Below, piece by piece: positions 1 through 10,587 of a DNA stretch of 64,000 bases. Where the stretch lies: assembly GCA_963754945.1 (NCBI GenBank), contig CAVWIG010000017.1, forward strand, positions 160,001-224,000. Direction: 5' to 3'. A program made the position numbers and the translations under genes. The notes beneath the pieces were generated by a model, which worked only from the letters and a program-made list of their open reading frames with translations, searched no databases and was not told the origin of the DNA. How positions within the stretch are numbered: position 1 is the first letter of the stretch; each line of letters opens with the position of its first letter. The DNA comes from Methanotrichaceae archaeon. Its GTDB lineage: Archaea > Halobacteriota > Methanosarcinia > Methanotrichales > Methanotrichaceae.

Positions 1-414
1 GTAGTTAACAAGGACATCTGCCCCACTGTCCACTAGCTCTCGCTTTACATCGCAAGGCTTAGAATCAGCTACAACAAATCGCTGATCTTCCGGGTAGTTC
101 ATCATGTGGGGTGCCACTCCGTCCAGGACGGGCCCCATCTTCACTTCAACATCTTTCGGGGGTACTTGCGGATAAAAGACTTTGGTGCAGTTCGGTTTGG
201 CGAAGATGGCCTCGTTCACGTCCCTGCCCACCTTCCGGGCATCAACGTCAAAGGCAGCCACCACATCGATATCGCCAGCTCTGTAACCATCGATCTCGTA
301 GTGCATGAGGCCGATACAATCTTTTTCATCCACAGTTTTATAATATTCAATTCCCTGGATTAGAGAGCTTGCGCAGTTTCCCAAACCTGCAACTGCCAAT
401 TTTACCTTTTTCAA
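1..414 (-). CDS. ino1: myo-inositol-1-phosphate synthase, N-terminal part (runs off window start)
   Basis: Manual minus-strand translation from TTG at 414: MKKVKLAVAGLGNCASSLIQGIEYYK...DIDVVAAFDVDARKVGRDVNEAIFAKPNCT...ADVLVNY, the typical MIPS N-terminus; absent from the ORF track because it is truncated. Confidence 0.9.
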   Translation of the reverse strand, partial: MKKVKLAVAGLGNCASSLIQGIEYYKTVDEKDCIGLMHYEIDGYRAGDIDVVAAFDVDARKVGRDVNEAIFAKPNCTKVFYPQVPPKDVEVKMGPVLDGVAPHMMNYPEDQRFVVADSKPCDVKRELVDSGADVLVNY

Positions 415-578
415 CCTCTTTTCCCCTCCTGGGCAAGTGAAGCTTGTAAGCTGGATCTGAAATCGGAATTTCGTATAACTGCAAGACGTATATAACTGTA
501 TAGGCCTTTGGACATGTCCGATATGGCCTGAAGAAATATGGGCGTGGCTGCCATCTTCAATTCATTCCATCGGCTCTA

Positions 579-1790
579 GTGTCGCGTCAATATTGAAGTG
601 ACATAAGGTTTAAGATATATTATCTTCATATCCAATGTGGGGTAATAGCAATGAAGAAATATATCGTAACGCTTACTGAGGACGAGCGCAAAGCTCTTAG
701 CGACCTTACAGTCAAGGGAAAGCAAAAATCACAGAAGATCCTCAATGCATTAATATTGCTCGGTTGTGATGAAGGTGAGTACCAAACAGAGGGCTCGACG
801 AATGAAGAAATAGCCCGTGTGCTCCATATAAGCATGAGAAAGATAGACCGTTTAAAAAAGCGATTTGTAGAGGGAGGTCTTGATTCAGCTCTTGAAAGAA
901 GAACGGGAAACCGCATCTATGCCAAGAAGACCGATGGAGATTTTGAAGCCCATTTAGTTGCATTGAGTTGCAGCGAACCACCAGATGGTTTTGCGCGGTG
1001 GTCTTTGAGGCTGTTAGCCGATAAGGTCGTCGAGCTCAACTACATTGACAGCATTTCTCATGAAGCTGTGCGTCAAATTTTAAAAAAACGAGATCAAGCC
1101 ATGGCAACGCAAAGGATGGGTAATTCCGCCAAATCAAAACGGTAGCTTCGTCGCAAATATGGAAAGGGTATTGGATGTTTATAAGCGTCCGTTTGATTCA
1201 TATCATCCGGTTGTATGCATGGACGAATCTCCAAAGCAGCTGATATCCGAGACAAGAGTACCTATTGCAATATCTCCAGGGCGGGCTGCCAAACACGACT
1301 ATGAATACAAACGCTGCGGCTTATCAAATATTTTCCTTGCATGCGAACCGTTGGCCGGGAAGCGTATGGTAAAGGTCACTGAAAGAAAAACTGCGCTGGA
1401 CTGGGCTTGCTTTATGGAAGATGTCGCCGCCCAATACGAACATGCAGAAAAGATAACATTGGTGATGGACAATCTCAACACACATAATGCAGGATCGTTT
1501 TATGAGAAGTTTACGCCAGATAAGGCAAAGGCGTTAATGGATAGGTTTGAATTTGTGTACACGCCGAAGCATGGCAGTTGGCTAAATATGGCTGAGATAG
1601 AGCTGAATGTCCTTACAGGGCAATGTCTGAATAGGCGAATCGATAAAATTGAAACTGTTAAGGATGAAGTAGCGGCATGGCAGGAGTTCAGAAATAATAA
1701 AAATGCAAAGGTAAATTGGCAATTTACTACAGCGGATGCAAGAGTTAAACTATCTAGGCTTTATCCGACACTAGATAGCTGACGCGACAC
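579..1790 (+). mobile_element. IS630-family insertion sequence
   Basis: Perfect inverted repeat TCTAGTGTCGCGTCA (575-589) / TGACGCGACACTAGA (1780-1794), TA duplicated within a CTAG site; two-ORF transposase. Confidence 0.92.
651..1782 (+). CDS. IS630 transposase (HTH ORF 651-1145 + DDE ORF to 1782, joined by probable -1 frameshift)
   Basis: HTH region (RWSLRLLADK), DDE motifs CMDE, VMDNLNTH, SWLNMAEIE; A7 run at 1082-1088 shifts into the KKNEIKPW...NMERVL frame. Confidence 0.9.
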
Positions 1791-2615
1791 TAGAAGGACC
1801 TTCAGCTTTTCCGAAAGGGCCTGCTGAAGCTCCATCCTTCCGCTATCGCTATCTACATACTCAATCCTGTGGGTGTTTGGTATGTCGGCCAGATACTCGG
1901 AGCCTTTGGGGTAGATCAGGATGGTCTCCTTCCCTACGGTGTGAGCGATTCCTAAACCGTACATGACACCAGGATCAGGACCTGTCAGGTCGGCTACCAC
2001 TATCCTGGCTTCATTTATAGATGTCCACATCCCCCGAACGGCAGATTTGCCTCCTCTGATGTCATCGGCTATTGCACTCGTTAATCCTGCGGCCTCAGCA
2101 GCCTGAATGATCGCCTGGAAGTTTTTATCCGGCTTCTCTGGAGTGGGCAGGAGTAGAAGAGCCATCTCAGGGCTGCTGGCTCCTGGCGCAGATCCGAAGA
2201 TCGGCCTGGTCCGGAGCAAGGAGAGAAGGCTCATAAACCTCGTGAACTCCGAATCGATGTGGTCAGAGGCGATCTTCCTCAGAGCTTCATGCCTCTCGTT
2301 CTTCTCTGCTACCAGGCTCGCAGGAAACCGTATCAGAAAAGGATCCGTAAATCTGAACTCCCAGAGGGCACTATTGAGCACCTTTTGGGGTGACCAGCTC
2401 GCCTCGGGGTTGTATATGTAAGTAGACGTTCTATTCCCAGAACGGAGCTGTGCAACCACGTAGAGATTGTCCTTGTCCACGACAGCCAGCATATCGCAGG
2501 GGAGTTGGGATCTTGCAATGCCTTTCTGGAGATGGCGGTCTTGAGAGATGTCGTCGACCTCTGCCATGAATTCGTCCAGCAGCCGGTCTACCTTTTCCAG
2601 AAGTTCAGTGGGCAT
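1761..2615 (-). CDS. hypothetical protein with C-terminal nucleoside 2-deoxyribosyltransferase/TIR-like domain; 3' end altered by IS630
   Basis: INEARIVVADLTGPDPGVMYGLGIAHTVGKETILI resembles the NDT-like consensus ADLTxxNPNVxYELGxAH; last codons lie inside the IS. Confidence 0.65.
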   Translation of the reverse strand: MPTELLEKVDRLLDEFMAEVDDISQDRHLQKGIARSQLPCDMLAVVDKDNLYVVAQLRSGNRTSTYIYNPEASWSPQKVLNSALWEFRFTDPFLIRFPASLVAEKNERHEALRKIASDHIDSEFTRFMSLLSLLRTRPIFGSAPGASSPEMALLLLPTPEKPDKNFQAIIQAAEAAGLTSAIADDIRGGKSAVRGMWTSINEARIVVADLTGPDPGVMYGLGIAHTVGKETILIYPKGSEYLADIPNTHRIEYVDSDSGRMELQQALSEKLKVLLVSRQLSSVG

Positions 2616-2904
2616 TGTACCGCCCCTGCTCCTCGCTCCATCATGCATCATTATTCAAACACCTGGGCTTCGTCCTATAGGGTTGTATAATCTCCTGGCG
2701 GGTATAAATGGGCTCTGGCTCGGTACAAGGGAAGTGCCGGTTTTATTGGAGGCAAGCAGGACCATTTTTAGAAATTTGCGAATCTAGGCCGGTTTTCATG
2801 AGCTGAGATGTCTACTAGCTTATCCACCTTCTCAAGAATTTATTTATCGCTTAGGCTCCTACTATTATGACTATCGCATGCCTATGCGATAGTGGGTATC
2901 GTGT

Positions 2905-3936
2905 ATGAGAATAAGCAAATTCTTCTTAATTACGGCACTACTGGTTCTTTCGTCGTGCCTGTTTAGCGGCGCTGCTTTAGCGCAGATGAACAATTCAGTT
3001 GTGATCAAAGATTTCGCTTTCCAGCCAAATATCCTTATGGTACCTGTCGGGACTACTGTGACATGGACAAACCTGGATACTGTACAGCATGAAGTTATCA
3101 GCGATAACGGAACCTTCGATTCGGGAATTATGATGCCCAATGACCAGTACACCTATAAATTCAGCCAGCCCGGGAACTACTCTTACTACTGCAAGATTCA
3201 TTCCTATATGTTCGGTATGATACAGGTTACACCGGGATCGTCTGGGCTGAAGGTCATGAGCGCAGACCCGAGCAGCGATCCGGCTCCGAGCAAGTCGTCA
3301 TATTCTCAGTTTTCAATGTACTCTCAATATTTCAGTATGCCCAGCGGAAATGCTCCAAAAAACCATATCACATATCCTAAAAATTATCCGATGAAAAACC
3401 TAGGGTCTACCTTTGTCTATTTCACGTTCCCGAAGTACACGACATCCTATTCACAGTCCTATGGAATGACCAACTATTACCAGATGTATTCAACGCCTAA
3501 CTATTATCAGATATATTCGATGCCGTACTCACAATACCATTCGAACTATGCCTCCTATAGCGGGAGTACCTCCCTCTGGATTCAGGGAACCTCGGGCTTG
3601 ACCCAATACGTCACCGTTCCACAGGGAGCCAGCATGTCGCTTATAGCGATATCTCCCACAGGAGGGAACGGTTACCTCTACGAGATGTCTCCCGGCGGCA
3701 AATCGAATATGAACTACTATTACTTCAACCAGTACAGCCAAATGAACTTTTACGCGGACACAATTGGTCAGCATGTACTGTTTATTGTAATAAATGATAG
3801 GGTAAGCAACTCAATAATCATCAATGTGGTCAGCTCCAGCTCATCATACAGCACGCCGAGCTATCAACCACCAACCTATCAGCAGCCAAGCTATAGCCCA
3901 CCGTCTGGTGGTTATCCATCTTCAGGGGGCTATTAG
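2905..3936 (+). CDS. secreted cupredoxin (plastocyanin/amicyanin-like) domain protein with Ser/Tyr/Pro-rich extension
   Basis: Signal peptide; VPVGTTVTWTN..QHEV and YYCKIHSYM type-1 Cu ligand pattern (H, C, H, M). Confidence 0.8.
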   Translation: MRISKFFLITALLVLSSCLFSGAALAQMNNSVVIKDFAFQPNILMVPVGTTVTWTNLDTVQHEVISDNGTFDSGIMMPNDQYTYKFSQPGNYSYYCKIHSYMFGMIQVTPGSSGLKVMSADPSSDPAPSKSSYSQFSMYSQYFSMPSGNAPKNHITYPKNYPMKNLGSTFVYFTFPKYTTSYSQSYGMTNYYQMYSTPNYYQIYSMPYSQYHSNYASYSGSTSLWIQGTSGLTQYVTVPQGASMSLIAISPTGGNGYLYEMSPGGKSNMNYYYFNQYSQMNFYADTIGQHVLFIVINDRVSNSIIINVVSSSSSYSTPSYQPPTYQQPSYSPPSGGYPSSGGY

Positions 3937-4164
3937 CCCTCCTTATATTATTTTCTTGGATAAACCAGAAGGAGACGAGTCAAAACAGGTATTCCCGCGC
4001 AAACTGAAGGGTATTCTTTTTAAAATAAAATCGAATGAAAGCTTATTCCTGATCGGAACGGTTTTAACCGCTCGAGGCCTTATTTTTATTATGCCTGAAC
4101 TATGAGTTAACAATAGTGGTTCAAGTTTAGAATGTAATTCTTCAAAACACAAAAAATTTTTATA

Positions 4165-4835
4165 ATGGATTTTATGAGAAACAAAATCATTGTAATAATG
4201 CTGACGCTGATTGCCCTCATGGCATTATCTACGTCAGCACTGGGTGCAGATATGCAGAAGACTCCGATGAAGGCCAACAATGCCACCTGCATTACCATGT
4301 CGCAAGAGGATCTTAAGCTAAAAATGAGGATGCTCTGGGATGAGCATGTGGTCTGGACACGGATGTTCATTATGAGCGTGGCTGATAATACTACAGATAA
4401 GACAGTTGTCACCACAAGGCTCCTGAAAAACTACGATGACATGGCTGATGCCTTCAAGCCGTACTACGGAAATCAAACTGGGACTAAGTACGGCGATCTG
4501 ATCGAAGAGCATCTTCTGACTGCAGCAGCCCTGGTCGAGGCTGCCAAGGCCGGAAACAACACGGCAGCAGCGGCGGCAGAAAAGAATGGTATGCGAATGC
4601 GGACGAGATTGCGACCTATGAGAACAGCATAAACCCGAACTGGGACAAAGCTACCAGGATGTCCATGTGGCACAACCACCTAGATCTAACAAAGATTGAA
4701 GCCGTAGCCAGGTTGACCAAGAACTACACTGCGGACATAAACGATTTCGACATGATCGAAGGACAGGCCGCGATGATGGCTGACTCCATCGCCGATGGCA
4801 TAGTCAAGCAGTTCCCGCAGATGTTCGCGAAATAA
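4165..4835 (+). pseudogene. secreted His-rich helical hypothetical protein, frameshifted near 4587 (pseudogene or sequence error)
   Basis: Frame 1 ...LWDEHVVWTR...EEHLLTAA...AAAEK; one added base restores WYANADEIATYENSINPNW...WHNHLDLT...KQFPQMFAK* ending 4835. Confidence 0.65.
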
Positions 4836-5010
4836 TTTGCGTAGAGTTTTGTAAGGTCTCGGCTTGAAGTTGGAAGAGAACGTCACAATGAAGTGCCGCT
4901 CCCTTCGATCCTTTTCTTTTGGTTCGGGGCTTTGGGTCAATCCGTTCGAAACCTTCCAGGAACGTCTAACAAATCCAGCGCAAAAGCATCAATCCGCCGT
5001 TCCAAGATTT

Positions 5011-5925
5011 TCAGGCTACTGTCCTGATATAGTGTGCCCAATATCCCTGCCATTGACCGTAATTATCTGCGATCTCATGGATATCCTGGAGGCTCAAATC
5101 TCTCCCATACACTTTCGATGCTGCCAGGTTCAGCCATCTGTCATCGAGGTTCAATCGCTCCATCCTGCCAAGGCTGCGTAGCATTACAAAAGACGCAGAC
5201 CATGAGCCGATCCCGTTGATGCTGTCCAGCCATGCCTCTACATCCTCATATTTTCCAGTCCGAAGGAATTCTTCATCTACATCGCTGAAGGCCTCGGCAG
5301 CAGAGATGAGGTATTTGGTCCTCCTGCTATTTTTAATTACTTTCATTAGGTTATCTTCTTTGGCCTCGATGAGTTTTGTGGGCTCAGGAAAGGCACGGTA
5401 TGTAATTCCATCTATCTTCAGGCATGTGCCGTAACTTTCCACCAGTTTAGCCTTCATTCTTTTGGCAATCGGCATTGCATTTCTTTGGGTCAGAATAGCC
5501 CAACAAGTGCCTTCAAATGGAGTGGGAAACTTGACCTGGTGGTAACCGTAGAGCTGCTCGATCACAGGCTTGAATTTCTGGTCTTTTCTACCGGTCTTGT
5601 AAAAGGGTTTTAAGTCATCATCAAGGCTCAAAAAGAATGTTATGCGGTCAATTGCTGTTTTTTTGGTATGATCATCGATATCGTGATCTGATATGAGAGA
5701 ATACTCTAATCTGGAAGACTCAATGTCGCCTGTCGATCTGATCCGGGACACAACGGCTTTTCCATCGAAAGAGAACGCCTTGGCGAGGCTGCCTTCGTGA
5801 ATAATCTGTTCTCCCTCTGTTGAGCCGAAGCCCTCTAAAAAATCGAGGGATTTAGAAAAATCGAATGGCTCAACGGGGTGAATAAGGCCGTTTTCTGAAT
5901 ATGTGATCTTTTCTAGTTCTTTCAT
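5011..5925 (-). CDS. DNA-3-methyladenine glycosylase II (AlkA/HhH-GPD family)
   Basis: PTPFEGTCWAILTQ, AFPEP, HhH motif LDSINGIGSWSA, WQGYWAHY. Confidence 0.85.
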   Translation of the reverse strand: MKELEKITYSENGLIHPVEPFDFSKSLDFLEGFGSTEGEQIIHEGSLAKAFSFDGKAVVSRIRSTGDIESSRLEYSLISDHDIDDHTKKTAIDRITFFLSLDDDLKPFYKTGRKDQKFKPVIEQLYGYHQVKFPTPFEGTCWAILTQRNAMPIAKRMKAKLVESYGTCLKIDGITYRAFPEPTKLIEAKEDNLMKVIKNSRRTKYLISAAEAFSDVDEEFLRTGKYEDVEAWLDSINGIGSWSASFVMLRSLGRMERLNLDDRWLNLAASKVYGRDLSLQDIHEIADNYGQWQGYWAHYIRTVA

Positions 5926-5983
5926 GTGCTAACCCCAATCAAGTAAGCGCGAAGCTGGTCGCCGTATTATTAGCCATACCGTA

Positions 5984-6622
5984 TCATATTAGTCCAGAAA
6001 TTACAGAGTTGACCGCCAGGCTGAACGCGAGGAAACCCACTAGGGTTAGTACTGCGTAGGCGCTTGGAGATTTGAACGGGTTCGTCTTTGTCAATCCTAG
6101 GAAGGAGTTGGCGTTGATCAGGTGGAATATAGTGCCAATCGCCAGCAAGGGCATTAACTTCGATGGAAATGTCAGAGCGGTCAAAACGGCGTAAAAAAAA
6201 TACTCGACAACAAAGGCAGTCTTTGGACGGTTCCAAAGACCGAATCCGACCTTTCTGTCCGAAGAGAACCCCAGGACAGGCAGATCTTTTTGGTGGACTG
6301 TTGCATCTAATAGCCAGTGGGACGCGGATGCTGCGACAAAGACTACCCCTGCGAGAGGGCTAGTAAAATTCGCTAGTACCAACCCAATGACGCATGCGAT
6401 CAGTGTCCCCAGGACGAGGGAATGAGTGTAAGGGTAGCGCGTGAACCCTATTCGATTCTGAAGAGGTGATTCGGGATCTATTGATACCTTTTCAATTCCT
6501 GAGAGAATTAGAAACGGCCAGAGGATATCAGGAAAGCCAACACCAATGAGTAGGATAAGAGGAGATACCCCTGGAAAAAGGCGGATGAGAACGTATGCGA
6601 CAGCGAAGTGTCCGATGAACAT
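5984..6622 (-). CDS. membrane-bound metal-dependent hydrolase-like protein
   Basis: MFIGH, PD, YTHSL, SHWLLD..H metal-ligand pattern with several hydrophobic segments. Confidence 0.7.
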   Translation of the reverse strand: MFIGHFAVAYVLIRLFPGVSPLILLIGVGFPDILWPFLILSGIEKVSIDPESPLQNRIGFTRYPYTHSLVLGTLIACVIGLVLANFTSPLAGVVFVAASASHWLLDATVHQKDLPVLGFSSDRKVGFGLWNRPKTAFVVEYFFYAVLTALTFPSKLMPLLAIGTIFHLINANSFLGLTKTNPFKSPSAYAVLTLVGFLAFSLAVNSVISGLI

Positions 6623-6839
6623 GACGGCCCCTCAATGTTGACTATTTGTAAATTTGTACTTCAATCTAGAAAAACTTGTTGAGTCCCTCTTTTCGATCCG
6701 TTTTTGGTTCCTCGCTGGCTTTATCCATCTAGAACTGATATTGCATGAGAAATGAGTTTACTAAAGTGCATGAGGAGTTGTGGGAACGCACTATGAACGA
6801 CAGGTGCTTCAGGTCCGGAGCCAAAACAACGAGTGTCCA

Positions 6840-7418
6840 ATGACTCTTCCTAGAGAGGTGGCCCTCATGCTCCTACAGGCCACGTCCCTGCCGGACGAGA
6901 GCGTTTTTCTGGATCGAACTGTTCCCGTGAACACGGTTGTCGACTACTACAGGATAGCATGCCATGTCCTTTTCGTCTGTGATAGGTGTGGAACTTGCTG
7001 TACCACTGGTGACCCCATAAGGCTCAGTCAGGATGACATAGCACGGATCGCTCGCCTTCAAAAAATACCAGTCGGAAAGGCAGCAAAAAAGTACACGGTG
7101 CCGGATCCCTACAAGCCCGGTGTTCTGGACTTCAAGAAGATCCTCCCGTGCAAGTTCTACGATCCTGTTCGGGGAGGGTGCAAGATCTATGACGCTAGGC
7201 CCTGGTCCTGCCGGATATTCCCTTTCATCGGCATTTACGGCTCAGAAGACCATGTTAAGGTTCATGAGTCCTGTCCCGGTTCCGTCAATGCCGTGAAAAT
7301 GCTGACGGAAGCCGTGGAGGAGCTCCGTTCTGATTCGGCCTTCTCGCCATCCTTTGATAAGGAGATGGTAAAAAGAGCTAAGCAGTGGTTTAAGGATGTT
7401 CTGGACACAGTCAAATGA
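6840..7418 (+). CDS. YkgJ-family CxxCxxCC cysteine cluster protein
   Basis: CDRCGTCC, PCKFYD..GCKIYDARPWSCRIFPF, CPG. Confidence 0.85.
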   Translation: MTLPREVALMLLQATSLPDESVFLDRTVPVNTVVDYYRIACHVLFVCDRCGTCCTTGDPIRLSQDDIARIARLQKIPVGKAAKKYTVPDPYKPGVLDFKKILPCKFYDPVRGGCKIYDARPWSCRIFPFIGIYGSEDHVKVHESCPGSVNAVKMLTEAVEELRSDSAFSPSFDKEMVKRAKQWFKDVLDTVK

Positions 7419-7708
7419 CGCGAAAATCAGGGTTCTTGTGGCATATGGCGTTCTTTCAAATCGTCGCTCAATTTTCCATGTTAAAGACTTGTTATCATAA
7501 CCCGCCAAATAATACCATTATAGATACAGCGACCATTAGCTTAAGCCCGGAGGATCTCTTGGCTTGTATTTGGTTTTAGAAACTGCGAAGAATACATATA
7601 GCATCGAATACATTTCTTAGGATAAATTTGATGAAATGTTAAATGATATTAAGGGCGATTTTATTAGACAGTATCGTCCATATTGCCAAGAAATTATATG
7701 GAGGTTTC

Positions 7709-8266
7709 ATGGGAAAAATAGGTGTGTTCGAAAACGTATCGGTTGACGGCTATTTTGCAGGGACAAACGGTGAGATAGACTGGTTTATCGGGGATGAAGA
7801 AACAGCACAATATGCCAAAGAACATGCAAATCCAACAAATACCATTCTATTTGGCCGCGTGACGTATGAGCTTATGGCAAGCTACTAGCCAACCGCAGAG
7901 GCTATGAGGAATGATCCAGTCGTCGCCGAAGTAATGAACAGCGCTTCCAAGATCGTCTTTTCAAGGACCCTCGACAAGGTCGAATGGAGCAACACGAGGC
8001 TGGTAAAAAACAACATCGAGGAAGAAATAAAGAAAATGAAAAACCAACCGGGAAAAGACATGGTAATACTAGGCAGCGGCAGTATTGTGTCGGCGCTCGG
8101 GCAGCGCGGTTTGATCGATGAGTACAGTTTCATGGTGAATCCCATTATCTTGGGCCGCGGTAGGTCAATTTTCCAAGGGATCAAGGACAGGCTTAATTTG
8201 AAACTGCTTGAAACAAGGACGTTTAAGTTGGGGAACGTTTTGCTGCATTATCAGACTGTGAAGTAA
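7709..8266 (+). pseudogene. dihydrofolate reductase/RibD-C family protein with in-frame TAG at 7886-7888
   Basis: VSVDGYFAG..DW, LFGRVTYE, GSGSIV, PIILGRG; the TAG replaces the Trp seen in paralog 9930-10508 (DYWPT vs SY*PT). Confidence 0.85.
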
Positions 8267-8305
8267 TGCGCACCCGCGGAAATGGTAAGCGAGAAAGAGG
8301 CACAA

Positions 8306-8800
8306 ATGGCGACTACAACGAAAGATAAAAACGAAATAACGATCTCGCGCATCTTCGATGCACCTCGCGAGAAGGCGTGGAGAGCGTGGACCAATCCGAA
8401 AGAAGCTAAAAAGTGGTGGGGCCTAAGGCCTCCACTGCACCAGAAATCAAGATCGATTTAAAGGTAGGTGGCAAATATCTCTACAGCATGCATGGAGCCG
8501 GTCTCGACGGAGTAGTGAAAGACTTCAGAATGTCGGCAAATTTACGGAAATTGTGCCGATGGAATGGCTGTCTCGACCCTGAACTTCGCCGACGAGAAAG
8601 GCAATCTGGTTCCAGGCTACACACTGCGGTATGCCTGGGGATTGGCCGATGGAAGTTATTGCTACAGTCACCTTTGAAGAAGTCGAGAACGGTAAAACAA
8701 AGCTAACAGTGCGAGAGGTGGTATCCTGGGCGAGATGGGCGAACCTGCGCGAATGGGCTGGGAGCAGCAATTTGACAAGCTCGTGGAATTGCTCAGGTGA
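8306..8800 (+). pseudogene. SRPBCC/AHSA1-like protein, multiply frameshifted
   Basis: ITISRIFDAPREKAWRAWTNP..KWWG then, in other frames, PK...DLKVGGKYLYSM and VTFEEVENGKTKLTVRE. Confidence 0.75.
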
Positions 8801-8944
8801 TGGTATAGCTATTTATTTCTAATATGAATTAAAAATGGATGAAACATTTCATAAAGAGTCGGACCAACTCGGATTGTGGTAGATATGGGCTGTTGAGGGC
8901 GCTCGGTTTTTATCCCGTATGGTAGTTTCTCCTTCAAAGTTGTG

Positions 8945-9333
8945 CTAGAACATGCCATCCTCGTTCGGCGAATCCGCCGGCACCGGCTGGCCGCAGTCCC
9001 ACATCACCACAATCCTGTCACCCAGGAGCGGAACAGATGCACGGCCGCTACGCCACTCTCTCCTGGGCGCAGCACGATGTGGGAGTGCACAGCCACCAGG
9101 TCACCATCGCCGAGCACGTTCTTGACTGAGAGCTGCTTGTTCGGGAATTGCACATGGTTCTCTATAATCGCCTTTTTCAGCGCTGGGAAACCTGCGGGAA
9201 AGAATGGATTGTGGTGCTTTCCTTGCATATCAACATACTTCTGATACGCTTCATCGATACGACCTGCCACGACAAGCTGCAGGAATTTTACTGCTGCTTG
9301 TTTGCGGGCTTGGGTGTTGCTATCTATCGTGAT
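8945..9333 (-). pseudogene. SnoaL/NTF2-like protein, frameshifted, no canonical start
   Basis: HHNP..PAG..AL, LGDGDLVAVHSH, VHLFR then in a shifted frame GDRIVVMWD..Q.VP.DSPNEDGMF*. Confidence 0.7.
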
Positions 9334-9358
9334 GATTTCTCCTTTACTTGACTGCCAT

Positions 9359-9925
9359 TTACTTGACGAAATTGACACGGAAAAGAGCATCCGTTCTCCC
9401 GGAGTCGGATTCAAGTATCCTAAGCTTCTGCAGTTCAATGTGATCGGTATCGATATTCTCAAACAATCGTAAACCGTTCCCCAGTAACACAGGCATTATG
9501 CCGATCTGCATTTCATCGCATAGCCCAGTGTTTACGCATTGTTGAAAAGTGCTCGCACCGCCCACCACTGTGACATTTTTGTTGCCGGCTGCCCTCTTTG
9601 CCCTAGCAATAGCACTTTGCACGCAATCGTTAACGAAGGTAAACGTCAGCTTTCCGTTCTCCCTTGGAATCTTTTCCGGAACATGGTGGGTAAGGATGAA
9701 TATCGGCACCTGAAATTCGTAATCATCCCAATCATAAATGTCAGGGTCTCCCATCTCGTAAGCACGTCTGCCCATCAGAACTGCTCCTGTCGTTCTTATC
9801 GACTCCTGAAGCATCTCAGTTTTTCGCAGTGCCGCAAGGTCAGGATATAACCGGTTCACTTCACCGTTTCGGTCATTCACAAAACCATCGAGTGATACCG
9901 TCATGCCGACTACAACTTTTCCCAT
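9359..9925 (-). CDS. dihydrofolate reductase/RibD-C family protein
   Basis: MTVSLDGFV, MGRRAYE, VGGAS, PVLLGNGLRLF. Confidence 0.85.
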   Translation of the reverse strand: MGKVVVGMTVSLDGFVNDRNGEVNRLYPDLAALRKTEMLQESIRTTGAVLMGRRAYEMGDPDIYDWDDYEFQVPIFILTHHVPEKIPRENGKLTFTFVNDCVQSAIARAKRAAGNKNVTVVGGASTFQQCVNTGLCDEMQIGIMPVLLGNGLRLFENIDTDHIELQKLRILESDSGRTDALFRVNFVK

Positions 9926-9929
9926 ATTT

Positions 9930-10508
9930 CTACCCCGAAGTGCTCGGTTTATCTTGCATCGGTTGGTATTCAAGAATGACGTTCCCGCTGCTCAATGCCT
10001 TAGCGTTTAGGAGCTTCAGCTTGAGTTTGTCGTTCAGGCCTTTGAATAGAGGTTTGCCGCTGCCCAAGACAACAGGATTGACTATAAGTCGGTACAGATC
10101 GATCAAGCCAAGCTTTGCAAACTCGGATACAACGACTCCGCTGCCGAATATCACCATATCCTTTCCAGGCTGCTGCTTCAGCTTCGAGATTTCTTCGGCG
10201 ATGTTCTCTTTGACCACCAACGAGTTGTTCCATTCGGCACTGCCCAACGTCCTCGAAAAGACGATCTTTTGTAGATCGTTCATCATGGGGGCAATGATTG
10301 GATTCTCCTTGTACGCGGCGGGAGTTGGCCAGTAATCCGCAAATAGTTGATAGGTCACCCGTCCCAACAAAATAGTTTCCGCCGTCTTTAGTTGATCTGT
10401 GGAAAATTTTGCCATTTCGTCATCCCAGACGAACCAGTCTATCTCACCGTTAGGTCCTGCAAAGAAGCCGTCAATGGTAATGTAATTTGATACGATTACT
10501 TTTCTCAT
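9930..10508 (-). CDS. dihydrofolate reductase/RibD-C family protein
   Basis: ITIDGFFAGPNGEIDW, LLGRVTY, FGSG, PVVLGSGKPLF. Confidence 0.88.
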   Translation of the reverse strand: MRKVIVSNYITIDGFFAGPNGEIDWFVWDDEMAKFSTDQLKTAETILLGRVTYQLFADYWPTPAAYKENPIIAPMMNDLQKIVFSRTLGSAEWNNSLVVKENIAEEISKLKQQPGKDMVIFGSGVVVSEFAKLGLIDLYRLIVNPVVLGSGKPLFKGLNDKLKLKLLNAKALSSGNVILEYQPMQDKPSTSG

Positions 10509-10587
10509 GAAACACTATGTAACTTGCTTTATTATATATGTTTGCTTGGTATTTTAGCAAGTTCTAGTTAAAACCAGGAAACAGTAA

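Noticed and set aside
106-363. Plus-strand ORFs at the window start and many antisense ORFs inside gatAB, the glycogen genes and the redox operon
   Set aside because: Shadow ORFs of well-supported genes on the opposite strand
1082-1088. Split IS630 transposases (here and at 45814-45821) as pseudogenes or novelty
   Set aside because: A-run frameshifting between the HTH and DDE ORFs is a known IS630 feature
7886-7888. In-frame TAG as possible pyrrolysine readthrough
   Set aside because: It is a one-base change from the TGG (Trp) in the paralog, neighbouring genes are also decayed, TAG ends intact genes in this window (e.g. 3936, 33821), and no pyl genes are visible
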